A DNA stretch of 64,000 bases, from positions 27,399-91,398 of the forward strand of contig CANQCZ010000001.1 in assembly GCA_947591215.1 (NCBI GenBank), written 5' to 3'. The translations under genes were made by a program, and so were the position numbers. The number at the start of each line of letters is the position of its first letter. Within the stretch, counting starts at the first letter, position 1. The notes below the pieces were generated by a model. It made no database searches. It was not told where the DNA came from and worked only from the letters and a program-made list of their open reading frames with translations. Of the stretch, positions 1 through 10,073 are shown in pieces. The stretch comes from an uncultured Bacilli bacterium. GTDB lineage: Bacteria; Bacillota_I; Bacilli_A; RFN20; CAG-449.

Positions 1-132
1 GCCGTGGTAAGTAAAGGAAAGATCGTTGAAGAAGGGAGTCACAACGAACTTTTGAAACGAAACGGAATTTATAAACGATTGTATTTGGCACAATTTAAGA
101 GCGATTATTTACTAGATCTTAACTTAGAATAG
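1..132 (+). CDS. 3' end of an ABC exporter ATP-binding/permease protein (MsbA-like); the 5' part lies outside the window
   Basis: Frame 1 translates to AVVSKGKIVEEGSHNELLKRNGIYKRLYLAQF... with a stop at 130-132. This is a typical C-terminus of ABC exporter nucleotide-binding domains. Confidence 0.6.
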   Translation, partial: AVVSKGKIVEEGSHNELLKRNGIYKRLYLAQFKSDYLLDLNLE

Positions 133-286
133 ACCAAAATACTTACTCGATCAGTACTTAAAAAATCAATAATTTATTTGGAAATTCGTCTTTTAATAGA
201 TTTACTTATAGGTCTATTATTATCAATGATTTTATCTAGCGAAACACTATTGATAGTGATATGATTAAAAAGGAGGTATACAGAAG

Positions 287-595
287 ATGGAATGGACAAC
301 GAAAAAGACGAATCTCCCTTCAGTGATGATTTCTTTGGAGTATGATGATTTTGCTACAGTAGAAGTTGAAAAAAAGAAAATGAAAAACTCTTCGTTAATG
401 CAATATGTCATTAACGTCGAAATCAAGGATTTGTTTTGTGAAAGTTTCATAATCGATGATTTTCAAGAAGTCGGGAAAGCTTTAAAGGAAATCAGAAAGC
501 AAATTGAAATTCTTTACGACAATCTTGACGAATATGACGAAGAGGATTTGAATGATTGGTGCGAAGTATTTTCTGATACCATACAAGAATTTTAA
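287..595 (+). CDS. Acidic hypothetical protein (102 aa)
   Basis: ORF preceded by an AAAGGAGGT ribosome-binding site (270-278). Acidic C-terminus; no recognisable family. Confidence 0.5.
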   Translation: MEWTTKKTNLPSVMISLEYDDFATVEVEKKKMKNSSLMQYVINVEIKDLFCESFIIDDFQEVGKALKEIRKQIEILYDNLDEYDEEDLNDWCEVFSDTIQEF

Positions 596-613
596 AATTG
601 AGGAGAAAAAGAT

Positions 614-1249
614 ATGAAAATTTTTATCGATACTGCCAATATTGAAGAAATAAAAGCAGTCAAAGATTTAGGAATCGTTAAAGGTGTGACGACCAATCCG
701 TCTTTGATCGCTAAAGAAGGGCGTAATTTGGAAGATGTGATTAAGGAGATTGTATCCTTAATCGATGGTCCGATTTCCGCTGAAGTAAATGAAGGTTCAA
801 TTGATGAAATGGAAAAACAAGCGATCGCTTTATCGAAAATCGATCCTAATATTGTCATCAAGGTACCGATGACCTTAGATGGTATCGCTTTGGTTTCGCG
901 ACTTGCAAAACTCAGAATCAAAACTAATGTGACCTTAGTGTTTTCAGTACCGCAGGCATTGATGGCGTGCGAAGCTGGAGCTACATATATTTCGCCCTTT
1001 ATGGGAAGAGTGGACGATTTTGGTGAATCGGGCGCAGATTTAATCGAAGATATTATGACGATGATAGTAAATTATGGTTATGAAACTGAGGTTATCGCGG
1101 CTTCAATTCGTAATACCGCACATGTTAAAGAAGCAGCTTTAAGAGGAGCGGATATCGCTACTATCCCGTATAAAGTTTTGATGCAAATGGTTAAACATCC
1201 ATTGACCGATAAAGGCTTAGAAATATTTGCTAACGCTTCAAAAAAGTAA
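614..1249 (+). CDS. tal: Transaldolase / fructose-6-phosphate aldolase (short-form Tal/Fsa family)
   Basis: N-terminus [14 protein letters not shown]...GVTTNPSL and a 211-aa length are the hallmark of short transaldolases. RBS GAGGAG upstream. Confidence 0.85.
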   Translation: MKIFIDTANIEEIKAVKDLGIVKGVTTNPSLIAKEGRNLEDVIKEIVSLIDGPISAEVNEGSIDEMEKQAIALSKIDPNIVIKVPMTLDGIALVSRLAKLRIKTNVTLVFSVPQALMACEAGATYISPFMGRVDDFGESGADLIEDIMTMIVNYGYETEVIAASIRNTAHVKEAALRGADIATIPYKVLMQMVKHPLTDKGLEIFANASKK

Positions 1250-1385
1250 TTTAAATATTAAGCACTTTTTATCTAGAACGCAAAGTTGTCAGTGAAAAGT
1301 GCTTTTTTATTGAGAAAATTAATTTAATACTAATTTTATTTTTGCATTTGTTTTTGTGGTGCATATAAATAAATGAGGTGAACTT

Positions 1386-1802
1386 ATGAGAGTAAGATAT
1401 CGTGATACTGATGTGAGTCTGCTTGGAAGACTGATGCGCTCGGAAGCTGTCGGTGAAGGAAAATTCGGAATGCAGTTAGTCGGAAATGTAGTTGTAAATC
1501 GTGTGGTTACTAGTTGTGACACATTTAAAAATATCAATAACATCTACGATGCGGTTTTTCAAAAAGGACAATTTGAAGGAACGCAGACTCCTTTGTTTTC
1601 GGCGCGAGCCACGGAAAAAGAGAAGCAAATGGCATTAAACGTTATCAAATATTGGAGAGCAGATCCTGCTTACGATGCGCTTTATTTCCAAAATCCGGGT
1701 AAAGGAAAAAATTGTAAGACTAATTTTTGGGGAGTCTTTGCCGGAAGATGGAAAAACCATTGTTTTTATGATCCGGAAAATCCTGAAAAATGTGGATTAT
1801 AG
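1386..1802 (+). CDS. Cell-wall hydrolase, SleB/CwlJ-type catalytic domain (Hydrolase_2), standalone 138 aa
   Basis: Motifs LLGRLMRSEA.GEG...VVNRV...IY...QFEG resemble the SleB C-terminal domain. RBS GAGGTG upstream. Confidence 0.65.
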   Translation: MRVRYRDTDVSLLGRLMRSEAVGEGKFGMQLVGNVVVNRVVTSCDTFKNINNIYDAVFQKGQFEGTQTPLFSARATEKEKQMALNVIKYWRADPAYDALYFQNPGKGKNCKTNFWGVFAGRWKNHCFYDPENPEKCGL

Positions 1803-1803
1803 T

Positions 1804-2619
1804 TTAATATTCTTTGATTCTATTTAATTTGTAGGAAGAGATAAGGCGATAGATGTCATCGTGAGTGTAGTGATACATCATCTCTGCCCAATAAAACCAT
1901 AATAGGTCAAGAATGGCAAAATAGTCATATAACTTTTGATAATTAAAAGATGAAGTGTCGTGCATACAATATTCATCGACAAAGGTTGTTATGGCTTTTT
2001 TTTCTAGAAGGTTATTTTCGCTTAAGAAACTAGCTATATCAAACATTGGATCATTATTCGAAGCATACTCATAATCAATAATGTAAGTTTTATTGCCATC
2101 AAAGAGGATGTTGCCTCCGACAAGATCGTTGTGACATAGAATTTTTGGAGCATTATTACTCCATTGTTTTGCTTTGTTGATGATTTTTTGAGCATAGTCT
2201 AGCGGCGGAATCAAAGATTTTTCTTGATAAATTTCAAGTCGATCGAAATATGAAAAATCGGTTTCAGAAACGATTTTTAAATTGTGCAAAGTTCTTATAG
2301 CTTTAGCTGCAAGACGAATGTGCTTTTTATCTTTAGAACTTTCGGCAAATGATTTGGCATTTTTGATAAAACGAGAAATTTTAATGCCGGATTCATCCAT
2401 ATATACCACATCTATCGAAAGAGGAAAAGTTTTGAGTTTGTCCTCGATTTTTTTCTCATTGACGTATGAATTAAAGGGTTGATGAAAATTTTTTGGAACC
2501 CTCATAATAAATTCTTCGTTAATCAAATAGTTATCGTTTGAAAGACCATTACGAAGATATTTCAAGGAGTAAACTTTTTGATTCATAATTTCTTCAAAAC
2601 GTTTGATTAAGTCTTGCAT
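1804..2619 (-). CDS. Choline/ethanolamine kinase-family phosphotransferase (APH fold)
   Basis: Brenner motif LCHNDLVGGNIL and IDYEYASNNDPMFDIASF, characteristic of LicA-type choline kinases. Confidence 0.7.
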   Translation of the reverse strand: MQDLIKRFEEIMNQKVYSLKYLRNGLSNDNYLINEEFIMRVPKNFHQPFNSYVNEKKIEDKLKTFPLSIDVVYMDESGIKISRFIKNAKSFAESSKDKKHIRLAAKAIRTLHNLKIVSETDFSYFDRLEIYQEKSLIPPLDYAQKIINKAKQWSNNAPKILCHNDLVGGNILFDGNKTYIIDYEYASNNDPMFDIASFLSENNLLEKKAITTFVDEYCMHDTSSFNYQKLYDYFAILDLLWFYWAEMMYHYTHDDIYRLISSYKLNRIKEY

Positions 2620-2694
2620 TTACTTCACCTAGGCTTAATTATAAGTTATTTGTGGCCTTTTTACATCAAAAAGTGCTATAATTTTACTCGAGGT

Positions 2695-3219
2695 ATGCAT
2701 ATGATTAATATCGTCTTATTTCAACCGGAAATTCCTCAAAACACCGGCAATATTTTTAGAACAGCGATGGCGATTAATGCGCGGTTGCATCTTATTAAGC
2801 CATTGGGTTTTTCTTTAGACGAAAAAAACCTTAAAAGGTCAGGAATGGACTATATCAAAGATGTCGAGTATCATGTTTATGAAAATCTAGAGGAATTTAT
2901 GGTAAAAAATCCAAACGCGGATATTTACTATATAACTCGTTACGCCAAAAGGAGTTATTCGGCATTTGATTTTTCTTCTCCGGTTCACGATTATTATTTT
3001 ATGTTTGGACGTGAATCGACTGGCATTCCTCATGAAGTATTAAGACAACACGAAGATCGCTTGTTACGAATCCCAATGGTTCCGTCTTCCCGCAGCTTGA
3101 ATCTTTCTAATTGCGTGGCTATCATCTGTTATGAAGCATTGCGGCAACAAAAATTTTTTGGACTTTCAACGATTGAAACTATCAAAGGTGAAAATTTCTT
3201 AGAGGAGGAAAGAAAATGA
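2695..3219 (+). CDS. trmL: tRNA 2'-O-methyltransferase TrmL (SpoU/TrmH family)
   Basis: MINIVLFQPEIPQNTGNI...GRESTG...LNLSN SpoU motifs and a length of about 170 aa. The start is likely ATG 2695 or 2701; the ORF track's upstream extension overlaps the convergent neighbour. Confidence 0.8.
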   Translation: MHMINIVLFQPEIPQNTGNIFRTAMAINARLHLIKPLGFSLDEKNLKRSGMDYIKDVEYHVYENLEEFMVKNPNADIYYITRYAKRSYSAFDFSSPVHDYYFMFGRESTGIPHEVLRQHEDRLLRIPMVPSSRSLNLSNCVAIICYEALRQQKFFGLSTIETIKGENFLEEERK

Positions 3220-3719
3220 AAAAAGCACTCATTCCATTATTCGCGATTACCTTGCTTAGCGGATGCATCAACAATTCAGCCAATTTGAATTATGAATCGA
3301 TCGATTATAAAACTTTTAATCAAAAGATCACCGTTTATCATAATAGTGAAATTCAATATCAAGATGTGACAATCGGCGAATATGAAAATAAAGTCAATAA
3401 CAAAGAAGATTTCGTGATTCTTTATTATGCTGAATCATGCAGTGCTTGTGAAGTTGCAAAAAAAGATTATTTAAATGGCTATCTTGCGGAAAAGGAATTT
3501 GCAATTTATCAAATAAACATCGAAATTCTTTCTAAAAATGAATTGATTCGCCTTTCAAATGTTACGGCAAATAGTAAATATCGTCCATATGATGATCAAG
3601 GCGGAGGTCCTTATACGCCTTATTTATATTTTTTCGTAGATGGTGAAGTTTTAGTTGGAGAACCGCATTTTACGAACTTTACGACTGCTTTAGAACAATT
3701 AATCGAAGTAAGCGAATGA
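3216..3719 (+). CDS. Thioredoxin-like lipoprotein (CxxC)
   Basis: Lipoprotein signal MKKALIPLFAITLLSGC and a CSAC motif (YYAESCSACEV). RBS GAGGAGG upstream. Confidence 0.6.
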   Translation: MKKALIPLFAITLLSGCINNSANLNYESIDYKTFNQKITVYHNSEIQYQDVTIGEYENKVNNKEDFVILYYAESCSACEVAKKDYLNGYLAEKEFAIYQINIEILSKNELIRLSNVTANSKYRPYDDQGGGPYTPYLYFFVDGEVLVGEPHFTNFTTALEQLIEVSE

Positions 3720-3720
3720 G

Positions 3721-5277
3721 TTATTTTAATTTTTTGAATAAATTAACGCTGCTTTCACGAATAGCGTGAATCGTAATCAAATCATATTTTAAAATGTTGA
3801 CGCGTCCGCGTGGAGACGCTTTTTTAACATCGCTTTTTATGGCATGCATCACGTCACCATCGCGAAAACCCGCAAAATAAATACTCGCTTCAGCGGCTAG
3901 AAGCAATGTTTCATTGTCCGGATTCAAATCAAAAACAATCACATGAGGCCCATGACGATCTTTGATATGAAAAAAATGATCGTCTTTATGAGCCATCGTA
4001 AAGGTTAGATGTTCGTTTTGTAGGGCGGTGAAACCTATACCGATCGTCGGTTGCTGTTCTCTTTTTAAAAGATGAATGTTTGGTTTTAAACTTTGATTAT
4101 GATGCTGTTTACGTTGCACTTTCAAATGTCTGTCTTGTTCCAATTCTTCCATTACTTCCAAGATGTCATCGTCGTTGCTATTCATGATTTCTGATTCTTT
4201 TTCTTCCCAGTAATCTAGTTCGTCTTCTGCCTTTTTTATTTGTTCGTCGATCATTGATAAACCGGTTTTAGCTTTACGATATAATTTGAAATAGCGTTCG
4301 GCATTTTGATATAAATTCAAACGAGGATCTAACTTTATTTCAATTTCTTCGATGTTGAGTAAAGAACTGCCATCAGTATATCGGTCGTAGTAAGTTAAAA
4401 GCAAAGTACCGAATTCATTGTAATGTAGATGTTTTTGATAAGTGATTCTTTCTTTTTGCAATGTTTGAATTTTTTTATTAAGCGACTTTTTTTTGTTTTT
4501 AATCAATTTCAAAAGATCGTGATAAGTGGTTCCTTTATGATCGGATTCCAATTTTTCTTCAATAATTGAAACGCTGTTTAAAGGGTCGATTTCTTTAAAA
4601 TTATCGTTATATTTATAAGCGACAATATCCTTACCGTCGAAATAAAAATTTTGACTTTGCTTGATAGCTTCGATGATTGCAGAAGAATCTTTACAATCGA
4701 TTAAATTTTCTTTTTCGTTTTTTGTAAGCATTAAAGAAAGAGGGTCTTCATTTTCATTGACTGGAGGAAAAGTATATTTAATTCCTCTCATCACGATTCG
4801 TTTAGCGGCTAAATCGGTTTTTTTCTTAGCATCGATAATCGTATCATCTTGATCTAAAATTAAAATATTTGCGCGATAAGGAATCAATTCGATAATTAAT
4901 TTCGATTTTATTTTTAAGAAAGATGGCATTGTTTTATTGATAATTAAAGTGATGATTCGATCGTTTGATAAAGCGTACATATCTTCGATAGTGCCGTGCT
5001 CGACATATTTTTTTAAAGAAAGGGTAAAAGCATCGCTGGGCATGATTAAATTATTTGCATTTTCTTTCGACAAAATAATCGGGAACCCGGGATTTAAGGA
5101 AATGATCAATTGTAAAATACTTTTATTATAACAATTAAAAGCGTAATCGTTGTTATCGATCGGTTGGATGGCGTTGATTTTAGCACCGATAAAAGAGGCG
5201 GCATATAATGTGGTTAATTTATTTAAGCAATAACATGAAATTGACATCAAATCACCATTTATTATTTTACTCTTCAA
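3721..5277 (-). CDS. rqcH: Ribosome quality-control factor RqcH (NFACT / fibronectin-binding protein A family)
   Basis: NFACT-N and NFACT-R-like sequence (…GAKINAIQPIDNNDYAFNCY…HGPHVIVF…RGRVNILKYDL). The start may be the internal ATG at 5247 rather than the TTG at 5277. Confidence 0.75.
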   Translation of the reverse strand: MKSKIINGDLMSISCYCLNKLTTLYAASFIGAKINAIQPIDNNDYAFNCYNKSILQLIISLNPGFPIILSKENANNLIMPSDAFTLSLKKYVEHGTIEDMYALSNDRIITLIINKTMPSFLKIKSKLIIELIPYRANILILDQDDTIIDAKKKTDLAAKRIVMRGIKYTFPPVNENEDPLSLMLTKNEKENLIDCKDSSAIIEAIKQSQNFYFDGKDIVAYKYNDNFKEIDPLNSVSIIEEKLESDHKGTTYHDLLKLIKNKKKSLNKKIQTLQKERITYQKHLHYNEFGTLLLTYYDRYTDGSSLLNIEEIEIKLDPRLNLYQNAERYFKLYRKAKTGLSMIDEQIKKAEDELDYWEEKESEIMNSNDDDILEVMEELEQDRHLKVQRKQHHNQSLKPNIHLLKREQQPTIGIGFTALQNEHLTFTMAHKDDHFFHIKDRHGPHVIVFDLNPDNETLLLAAEASIYFAGFRDGDVMHAIKSDVKKASPRGRVNILKYDLITIHAIRESSVNLFKKLK

Positions 5278-5375
5278 TCCTCATGAATAAAAGAAAAGAT
5301 TTCTAAAGAGCGATAGCGATTGATTTCTAAACTATTAAAAAGCTATAATATCTTGTGTATTTTAAGGAGATAAAA

Positions 5376-5945
5376 ATGAATCGTGGCTTATTGATTGTTC
5401 TTTCCGGCCCTTCTGGAGTGGGAAAAGGAACTGTCAGAAAAGAAGTGTTCAAAAATAAAAATCTAAATCTTGCTTATTCTATCTCGATGACTACTAGAAC
5501 CCCTAGAGCTCACGAAAAAGACGGAGAAGATTATTTTTTTGTAAGCGAAAAAACCTTCTTGGAAAATTTAAAAAAAGATAATTTTTTAGAACATGCGACA
5601 TTTGTCGGAAATTATTATGGGACACCGCGCAATTATGTTGAACAATTGCGTGACGAAGGGAAAAACGTCTTCTTGGAAATTGAAGTCGAAGGAGCTAAAC
5701 AAGTTTTAAGTAAATATCCTGACGATGAAGTGATTTCAATTTTCCTCTTACCACCATCTCTAGCGGAACTTGAAAAAAGAATCAGAGGACGGCGTAGCGA
5801 ACCGGAAGATATTATTCAAGAACGATTAGGAAAAGCCAAAAGAGAGATGGGATTAAAGAAAAATTACCAATATACCGTGCTTAATCGCAATGTTAAAGAA
5901 GCGGCTAGAGAAATCGTTAAAATCATTGAAAACCGAATTAAATAA
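5376..5945 (+). CDS. gmk: Guanylate kinase
   Basis: LSGPSGVGKGT P-loop. RBS AAGGAGA is 7 nt upstream of ATG 5376; the ORF track's earlier start has no RBS. Confidence 0.9.
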   Translation: MNRGLLIVLSGPSGVGKGTVRKEVFKNKNLNLAYSISMTTRTPRAHEKDGEDYFFVSEKTFLENLKKDNFLEHATFVGNYYGTPRNYVEQLRDEGKNVFLEIEVEGAKQVLSKYPDDEVISIFLLPPSLAELEKRIRGRRSEPEDIIQERLGKAKREMGLKKNYQYTVLNRNVKEAAREIVKIIENRIK

Positions 5946-5965
5946 TTAAAAAGGGGGCGACAATC

Positions 5966-8164
5966 TTGTTGATCTTAGAAGTTTTAATCGAATATGGAAC
6001 AGCAAGTTTAAATCGTCCTTTTTCTTATGCTTATTTGGGTGATTTGCCAATTTTTAAAGGAGTGCGGGTTTTAGTTCCTTTTGCTAGTAAAAAAATCATC
6101 GGCTTTGTCAATCAAGTTTATAAAGTTTCAGAAAATCTTGAAGAATATAAAAGAAAAGTAGGATTTGAAGTTAAAGAAATCATCAGTGTTATTGACGAAA
6201 AACCATTATTTGATGATGAATTATTAGAATTAGCCAATAAGATTTCCTCGTATTATTTATGCAGTTTGATTTCCGTTTATCAAACGATGTTACCGCCATC
6301 CCTTAAACCTAAAGTCTCTTCTTTGAGTAAACCGAAAATCGCTTATGAACTGATGGTTGAAATTATAAATGATTCTACGCTTGATCTTACTCCTAGACAA
6401 GCTTCCTTACTTTTAGAATTAAAATCATTGAATCAACCAATCAAGAAAAAAACGATAAAAACTACGGCTTTAAAAGGCTTGATTGAAAAAAAGAAAGTGC
6501 GAGTGTTTAAACAAGAAGTAACTAGGTTCCAATTAGATAATATCGATTATGAAGAAGAAAAAAAATTGAATGAAGAACAAAGTGATGCTGTAAAACAAAT
6601 TTTAGAATCTAATGATAAAGTGTTTCTTCTTGAAGGAGTGACGGGATCCGGTAAAACCGAAGTCTATTTGCATGTTGCCAAAGAAATCTTAAATCGCGGT
6701 CAAAGCGTTTTGATGCTTGTCCCGGAGATAGCATTAACCGCGAAAACAATACGCCAGTTTCAAGCGCGATTTAAAAATCTTGCCGTTTTACATAGCGATC
6801 TAAGCGATGGTGAAAAATATGACGAATATCGTCGGATTGCTAAAGGCGAAGTTAACTTAGTGATAGGGGCTAGAAGTGCGATTTTTGCGCCACTTCAAAA
6901 CTTAGGTCTTATCATTATTGATGAGGAACATTCTGAAACATACAAACAAGATAACGCTCCATTTTATCATGTAAACAAAGTTTCGTTAATGCGCAGTGAA
7001 ATTTGTCAGTGCAAAGTTGTGTTTGGATCCGCGACGCCATCTTTAGAAACTAGAGTGCGAGCAATGCGGGGAATTTATCACCATCTTCGTTTAACGCGGA
7101 GAATCAATAATCAAGATTTACCGCATGCAGAAATTGTCGATATGTTGAATCCGAAAAATATCGATCGTGAATCGGTGATTTTTTCTAAGATTCTTCGAGA
7201 AAAAATCAAAGATCGCTTACAAAAAAAAGAGCAAGTTATCCTTTTGGTGAATCGCCGCGGTTATTTTACATATATCTCTTGTCGAAAATGCGGACATGTA
7301 ATCAAATGTCCCGAATGCGATATCCCATTAACATATCATCATCAAGAGCAAATTTTAAAATGTCATCATTGCGGATATGAAAGAGAGATGAGCGAAGAAT
7401 GTCCTAAGTGTCATTCACCTTATCTTTCTAAAACCGGATTTGGAACCGAACGTGTCGAAAAAGAAGTGGCACGTTTATTTCCCGATGCAAAATGTGCACG
7501 GCTTGATAGTGATGTCGGAAGACTAAAAAATAACATAAAAAAAATACTTGATGAATTTAGCGAACAAAAAATCGATATTTTGATCGGTACTCAAATGATT
7601 GCCAAAGGACACGATTTTGAAAATGTCACTTTGGTAGGTGTTGTTTTGGCAGATTTGACACTAGCATTACCATCTTATCGAGCAGGTGAAAAAACTTTTG
7701 CTTTAATTACTCAAGCTATCGGAAGAGCGGGGCGCAAAGATAAAATGGGAGAAGCGATAATTCAAACTAATAATCCACGTAATTATGCGATTTATGATTC
7801 AAGCACACAAGATTACGAAAGATTTTTTAATGAAGAAATGATCCGTAGAAAATTGCATCAAGATCCGCCTTTTACATATTTGACGCTTTTAACACTAAGC
7901 GCGGTCAAAGAAGAAGTTTTGATGGAACGTGTTTATGATGTGATATCCTTTTTGGAAGTTAAATTTGAAAATAAAAAAGTTTTGATTGTCGGACCGAGCG
8001 AACCTTTTATTTTGCGCTTGAACGGACATTATCGACGAAACATTCTATTGAAGTATAAAACAGATAAAGAAGTTAAATCAGTTCTTGAAGAATTGAATGA
8101 GATAATTTCCAAAAGAAGCGATTGTACTTTATCGATTAACATCGATCCATACGATGACTACTAG
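5966..8164 (+). CDS. priA: Primosomal protein N' (PriA helicase)
   Basis: Walker A LLEGVTGSGKTEVYL, DEEH box, two Cys4 zinc clusters (CRKCGH…CPECD, CHHCGY…CPKC). RBS AAAGGGGG precedes a TTG start. Confidence 0.9.
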   Translation: MLILEVLIEYGTASLNRPFSYAYLGDLPIFKGVRVLVPFASKKIIGFVNQVYKVSENLEEYKRKVGFEVKEIISVIDEKPLFDDELLELANKISSYYLCSLISVYQTMLPPSLKPKVSSLSKPKIAYELMVEIINDSTLDLTPRQASLLLELKSLNQPIKKKTIKTTALKGLIEKKKVRVFKQEVTRFQLDNIDYEEEKKLNEEQSDAVKQILESNDKVFLLEGVTGSGKTEVYLHVAKEILNRGQSVLMLVPEIALTAKTIRQFQARFKNLAVLHSDLSDGEKYDEYRRIAKGEVNLVIGARSAIFAPLQNLGLIIIDEEHSETYKQDNAPFYHVNKVSLMRSEICQCKVVFGSATPSLETRVRAMRGIYHHLRLTRRINNQDLPHAEIVDMLNPKNIDRESVIFSKILREKIKDRLQKKEQVILLVNRRGYFTYISCRKCGHVIKCPECDIPLTYHHQEQILKCHHCGYEREMSEECPKCHSPYLSKTGFGTERVEKEVARLFPDAKCARLDSDVGRLKNNIKKILDEFSEQKIDILIGTQMIAKGHDFENVTLVGVVLADLTLALPSYRAGEKTFALITQAIGRAGRKDKMGEAIIQTNNPRNYAIYDSSTQDYERFFNEEMIRRKLHQDPPFTYLTLLTLSAVKEEVLMERVYDVISFLEVKFENKKVLIVGPSEPFILRLNGHYRRNILLKYKTDKEVKSVLEELNEIISKRSDCTLSINIDPYDDY

Positions 8165-8229
8165 AGATGATTTATTTTACTTGTAAAATAAGATAAATTG
8201 CACGATAATAAAAACAAGGAGATACTACC

Positions 8230-8766
8230 ATGATAAATGTTACGTTAAAAGGTATTGATATTTATCTTGCCGGAGAATTTGATCGTGAAATTCATAGCAA
8301 ATTAGCTTCATTATTTCATGTGCGCTCTGAAGATATCATTACTACGGCTTTGGAATCTTTAGTATTTCATCAAGGAGTCGACCAAACTACTTACCAATTG
8401 GTTATTAAATTTGAACTTCCAGAATGTTATCGACAATATGAAAAAGTAGTTGCGGATTATGTTTTATCTGCGAGCAAAGATTTTTCGGTACACACGCTTT
8501 GTTATTTTATATATGTGAAAGAAGAAAATATCTATGAACGCATCGATGAAGATTATCCGCGGTTTATGGATGAAAAAAATATCGTCGAATATGACGAAGA
8601 TGATTCAAATGAGAGTGAAGAACAGGAAGTCTTTACCGGAAACATCTTTCAAAATTTTGATAAACATAGTGAGCATAAACACCATCACTGTTGCGATGAT
8701 GAAAGTTGCGATTGTGAGCATGATTGCGATGATGACAATTGCGAATGCGATTGTAAACATCACTGA
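8230..8766 (+). CDS. Hypothetical protein with an extreme Cys/His/Asp-rich C-terminal tail (HKHHHCCDDESCDCEHDCDDDNCECDCKHH)
   Basis: RBS AAGGAG upstream. The N-terminal 120 aa are globular with no recognised family. It sits between priA and the rsmB-like gene, where def-fmt are found in Bacillus. Confidence 0.6.
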   Translation: MINVTLKGIDIYLAGEFDREIHSKLASLFHVRSEDIITTALESLVFHQGVDQTTYQLVIKFELPECYRQYEKVVADYVLSASKDFSVHTLCYFIYVKEENIYERIDEDYPRFMDEKNIVEYDEDDSNESEEQEVFTGNIFQNFDKHSEHKHHHCCDDESCDCEHDCDDDNCECDCKHH

Positions 8767-8783
8767 TTGATCAAAATAAGGAG

Positions 8784-10073
8784 TTGAGAAATATGCAATT
8801 TTTAAATGAAGCAGTTACTTATTTAGAGGCTATCAAAAACAAGGATATATCTTTCACTAACGTTATCAACAAAAAAATCAATACTTTAGCGTTAGATAGC
8901 GATGAACTCGATAAGCTCAAGGGAACTCTAAAAAGCGTTATAAATTGCTACCATTTCCTTTTTTGGGAAATAAATTCTCACTTCTTTGAAAAAGACGAGG
9001 CAGTTAAAGATGCACTTATCGTCAGTTTGGCAGCTCTTCGCTACGTAAAAAATGTCGATGAAAGTGCCGTAAAAGAATTTTTAACCGCTTATAAAGAAAA
9101 TAAAGGTCTTGATTTTGATGTCGATGAAGCTATGAATTTTTTATTAAGCATCAAGGCTGAGTCTACTCCAATACCGGAAAAATATGAAAAAGCCTTTGCC
9201 AAAAAGATGGCTTTGAAATACGCTTATCCCGAGTGGATTGTGCGAATGTTAATCAAACATTTTGGCATTAAGCACACTTTTAAATCTTTGGCCTCTTCGC
9301 GAAAAGCGGTAAAGTTATCTTTGAGCGTTAATCCACTTAAAACTAATGTTTTTGATATCGTTAACAACAATAGCGATTTCACACTTGGAAAATTAGGTTC
9401 ACTATCCATGCGTTATGGTGGTAAAACAAAGCTTATTGAATATGCGGCTTTCAAAGACAATGAGTATTTCATGATGGATGAATCCAATCAATTTGCCATC
9501 GATCAATTAGAACCTTTAGATGGCGAAGAAGTGTTTGTTTATGGTGATGCTAAAGGGCTTATGGCTTGCGATTTAGCGTTGATGATGAATGATATCGGAA
9601 GAATTAACACTTGTCTTACAAACATCAACGATTTGAATGTGACGCGCAATATGATTCGTCGTTTCGGTCTTCGCTCGATTTATGCTTTTGAAGAAGCGTC
9701 ACTTAATCTTTTGATTACTCATATAGAGCCTAATAGTTTAGATAAAATGCTTTTACTAGCGCCTTCTTCTGAATTAGGTTTAATCAGAAGAAGTCCGGAT
9801 ATTTTATTGACTTTAAAGCGAGAAGATTTAGATGGAATTATCGATAATCAAAGAAAATTATTGGAAGAAACCGCGCCGTTTATTAAAGATGAAGGTCTTC
9901 TTCTTTACATGGTCAAAACGATGAATAAAAAGGAATCGACTAAGATCATTGAAGAATTTTTGACTAACCATTCGGAATTCACTCTAGTAGACGAAAGACA
10001 AGTCTTCCCATACGAATACTTCTGCGATGGTTTCTACTATGCCAAGCTTAAAAAAACAGGAAAAAATGAATAA
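8784..10073 (+). CDS. RsmB/Sun-family protein that appears catalytically degenerate (NusB-like N-domain plus a decayed methyltransferase domain)
   Basis: Positional orthologue of rsmB, immediately upstream of rlmN. ...MLLLAPSSELGLIRRSPDI aligns to the DAPCSGTGVIRRHPD motif IV with Cys changed to Ser. ...LYMVKTMNKK aligns to motif VI (TCS) with the Cys lost. Confidence 0.65.
   Translation: MRNMQFLNEAVTYLEAIKNKDISFTNVINKKINTLALDSDELDKLKGTLKSVINCYHFLFWEINSHFFEKDEAVKDALIVSLAALRYVKNVDESAVKEFLTAYKENKGLDFDVDEAMNFLLSIKAESTPIPEKYEKAFAKKMALKYAYPEWIVRMLIKHFGIKHTFKSLASSRKAVKLSLSVNPLKTNVFDIVNNNSDFTLGKLGSLSMRYGGKTKLIEYAAFKDNEYFMMDESNQFAIDQLEPLDGEEVFVYGDAKGLMACDLALMMNDIGRINTCLTNINDLNVTRNMIRRFGLRSIYAFEEASLNLLITHIEPNSLDKMLLLAPSSELGLIRRSPDILLTLKREDLDGIIDNQRKLLEETAPFIKDEGLLLYMVKTMNKKESTKIIEEFLTNHSEFTLVDERQVFPYEYFCDGFYYAKLKKTGKNE

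Noticed and set aside
265-450. 61-aa minus-strand ORF
   Set aside because: It overlaps the better-supported plus-strand gene at 287-595 and its RBS. Low-complexity translation and no RBS.
592-921. 109-aa minus-strand ORF inside tal
   Set aside because: Antisense to a well-conserved transaldolase gene; a shadow ORF.
8534-8770. Alternative-frame 78-aa ORF inside the Cys/His-tail gene
   Set aside because: A frame artefact of the repetitive GA-rich/Cys-codon region.
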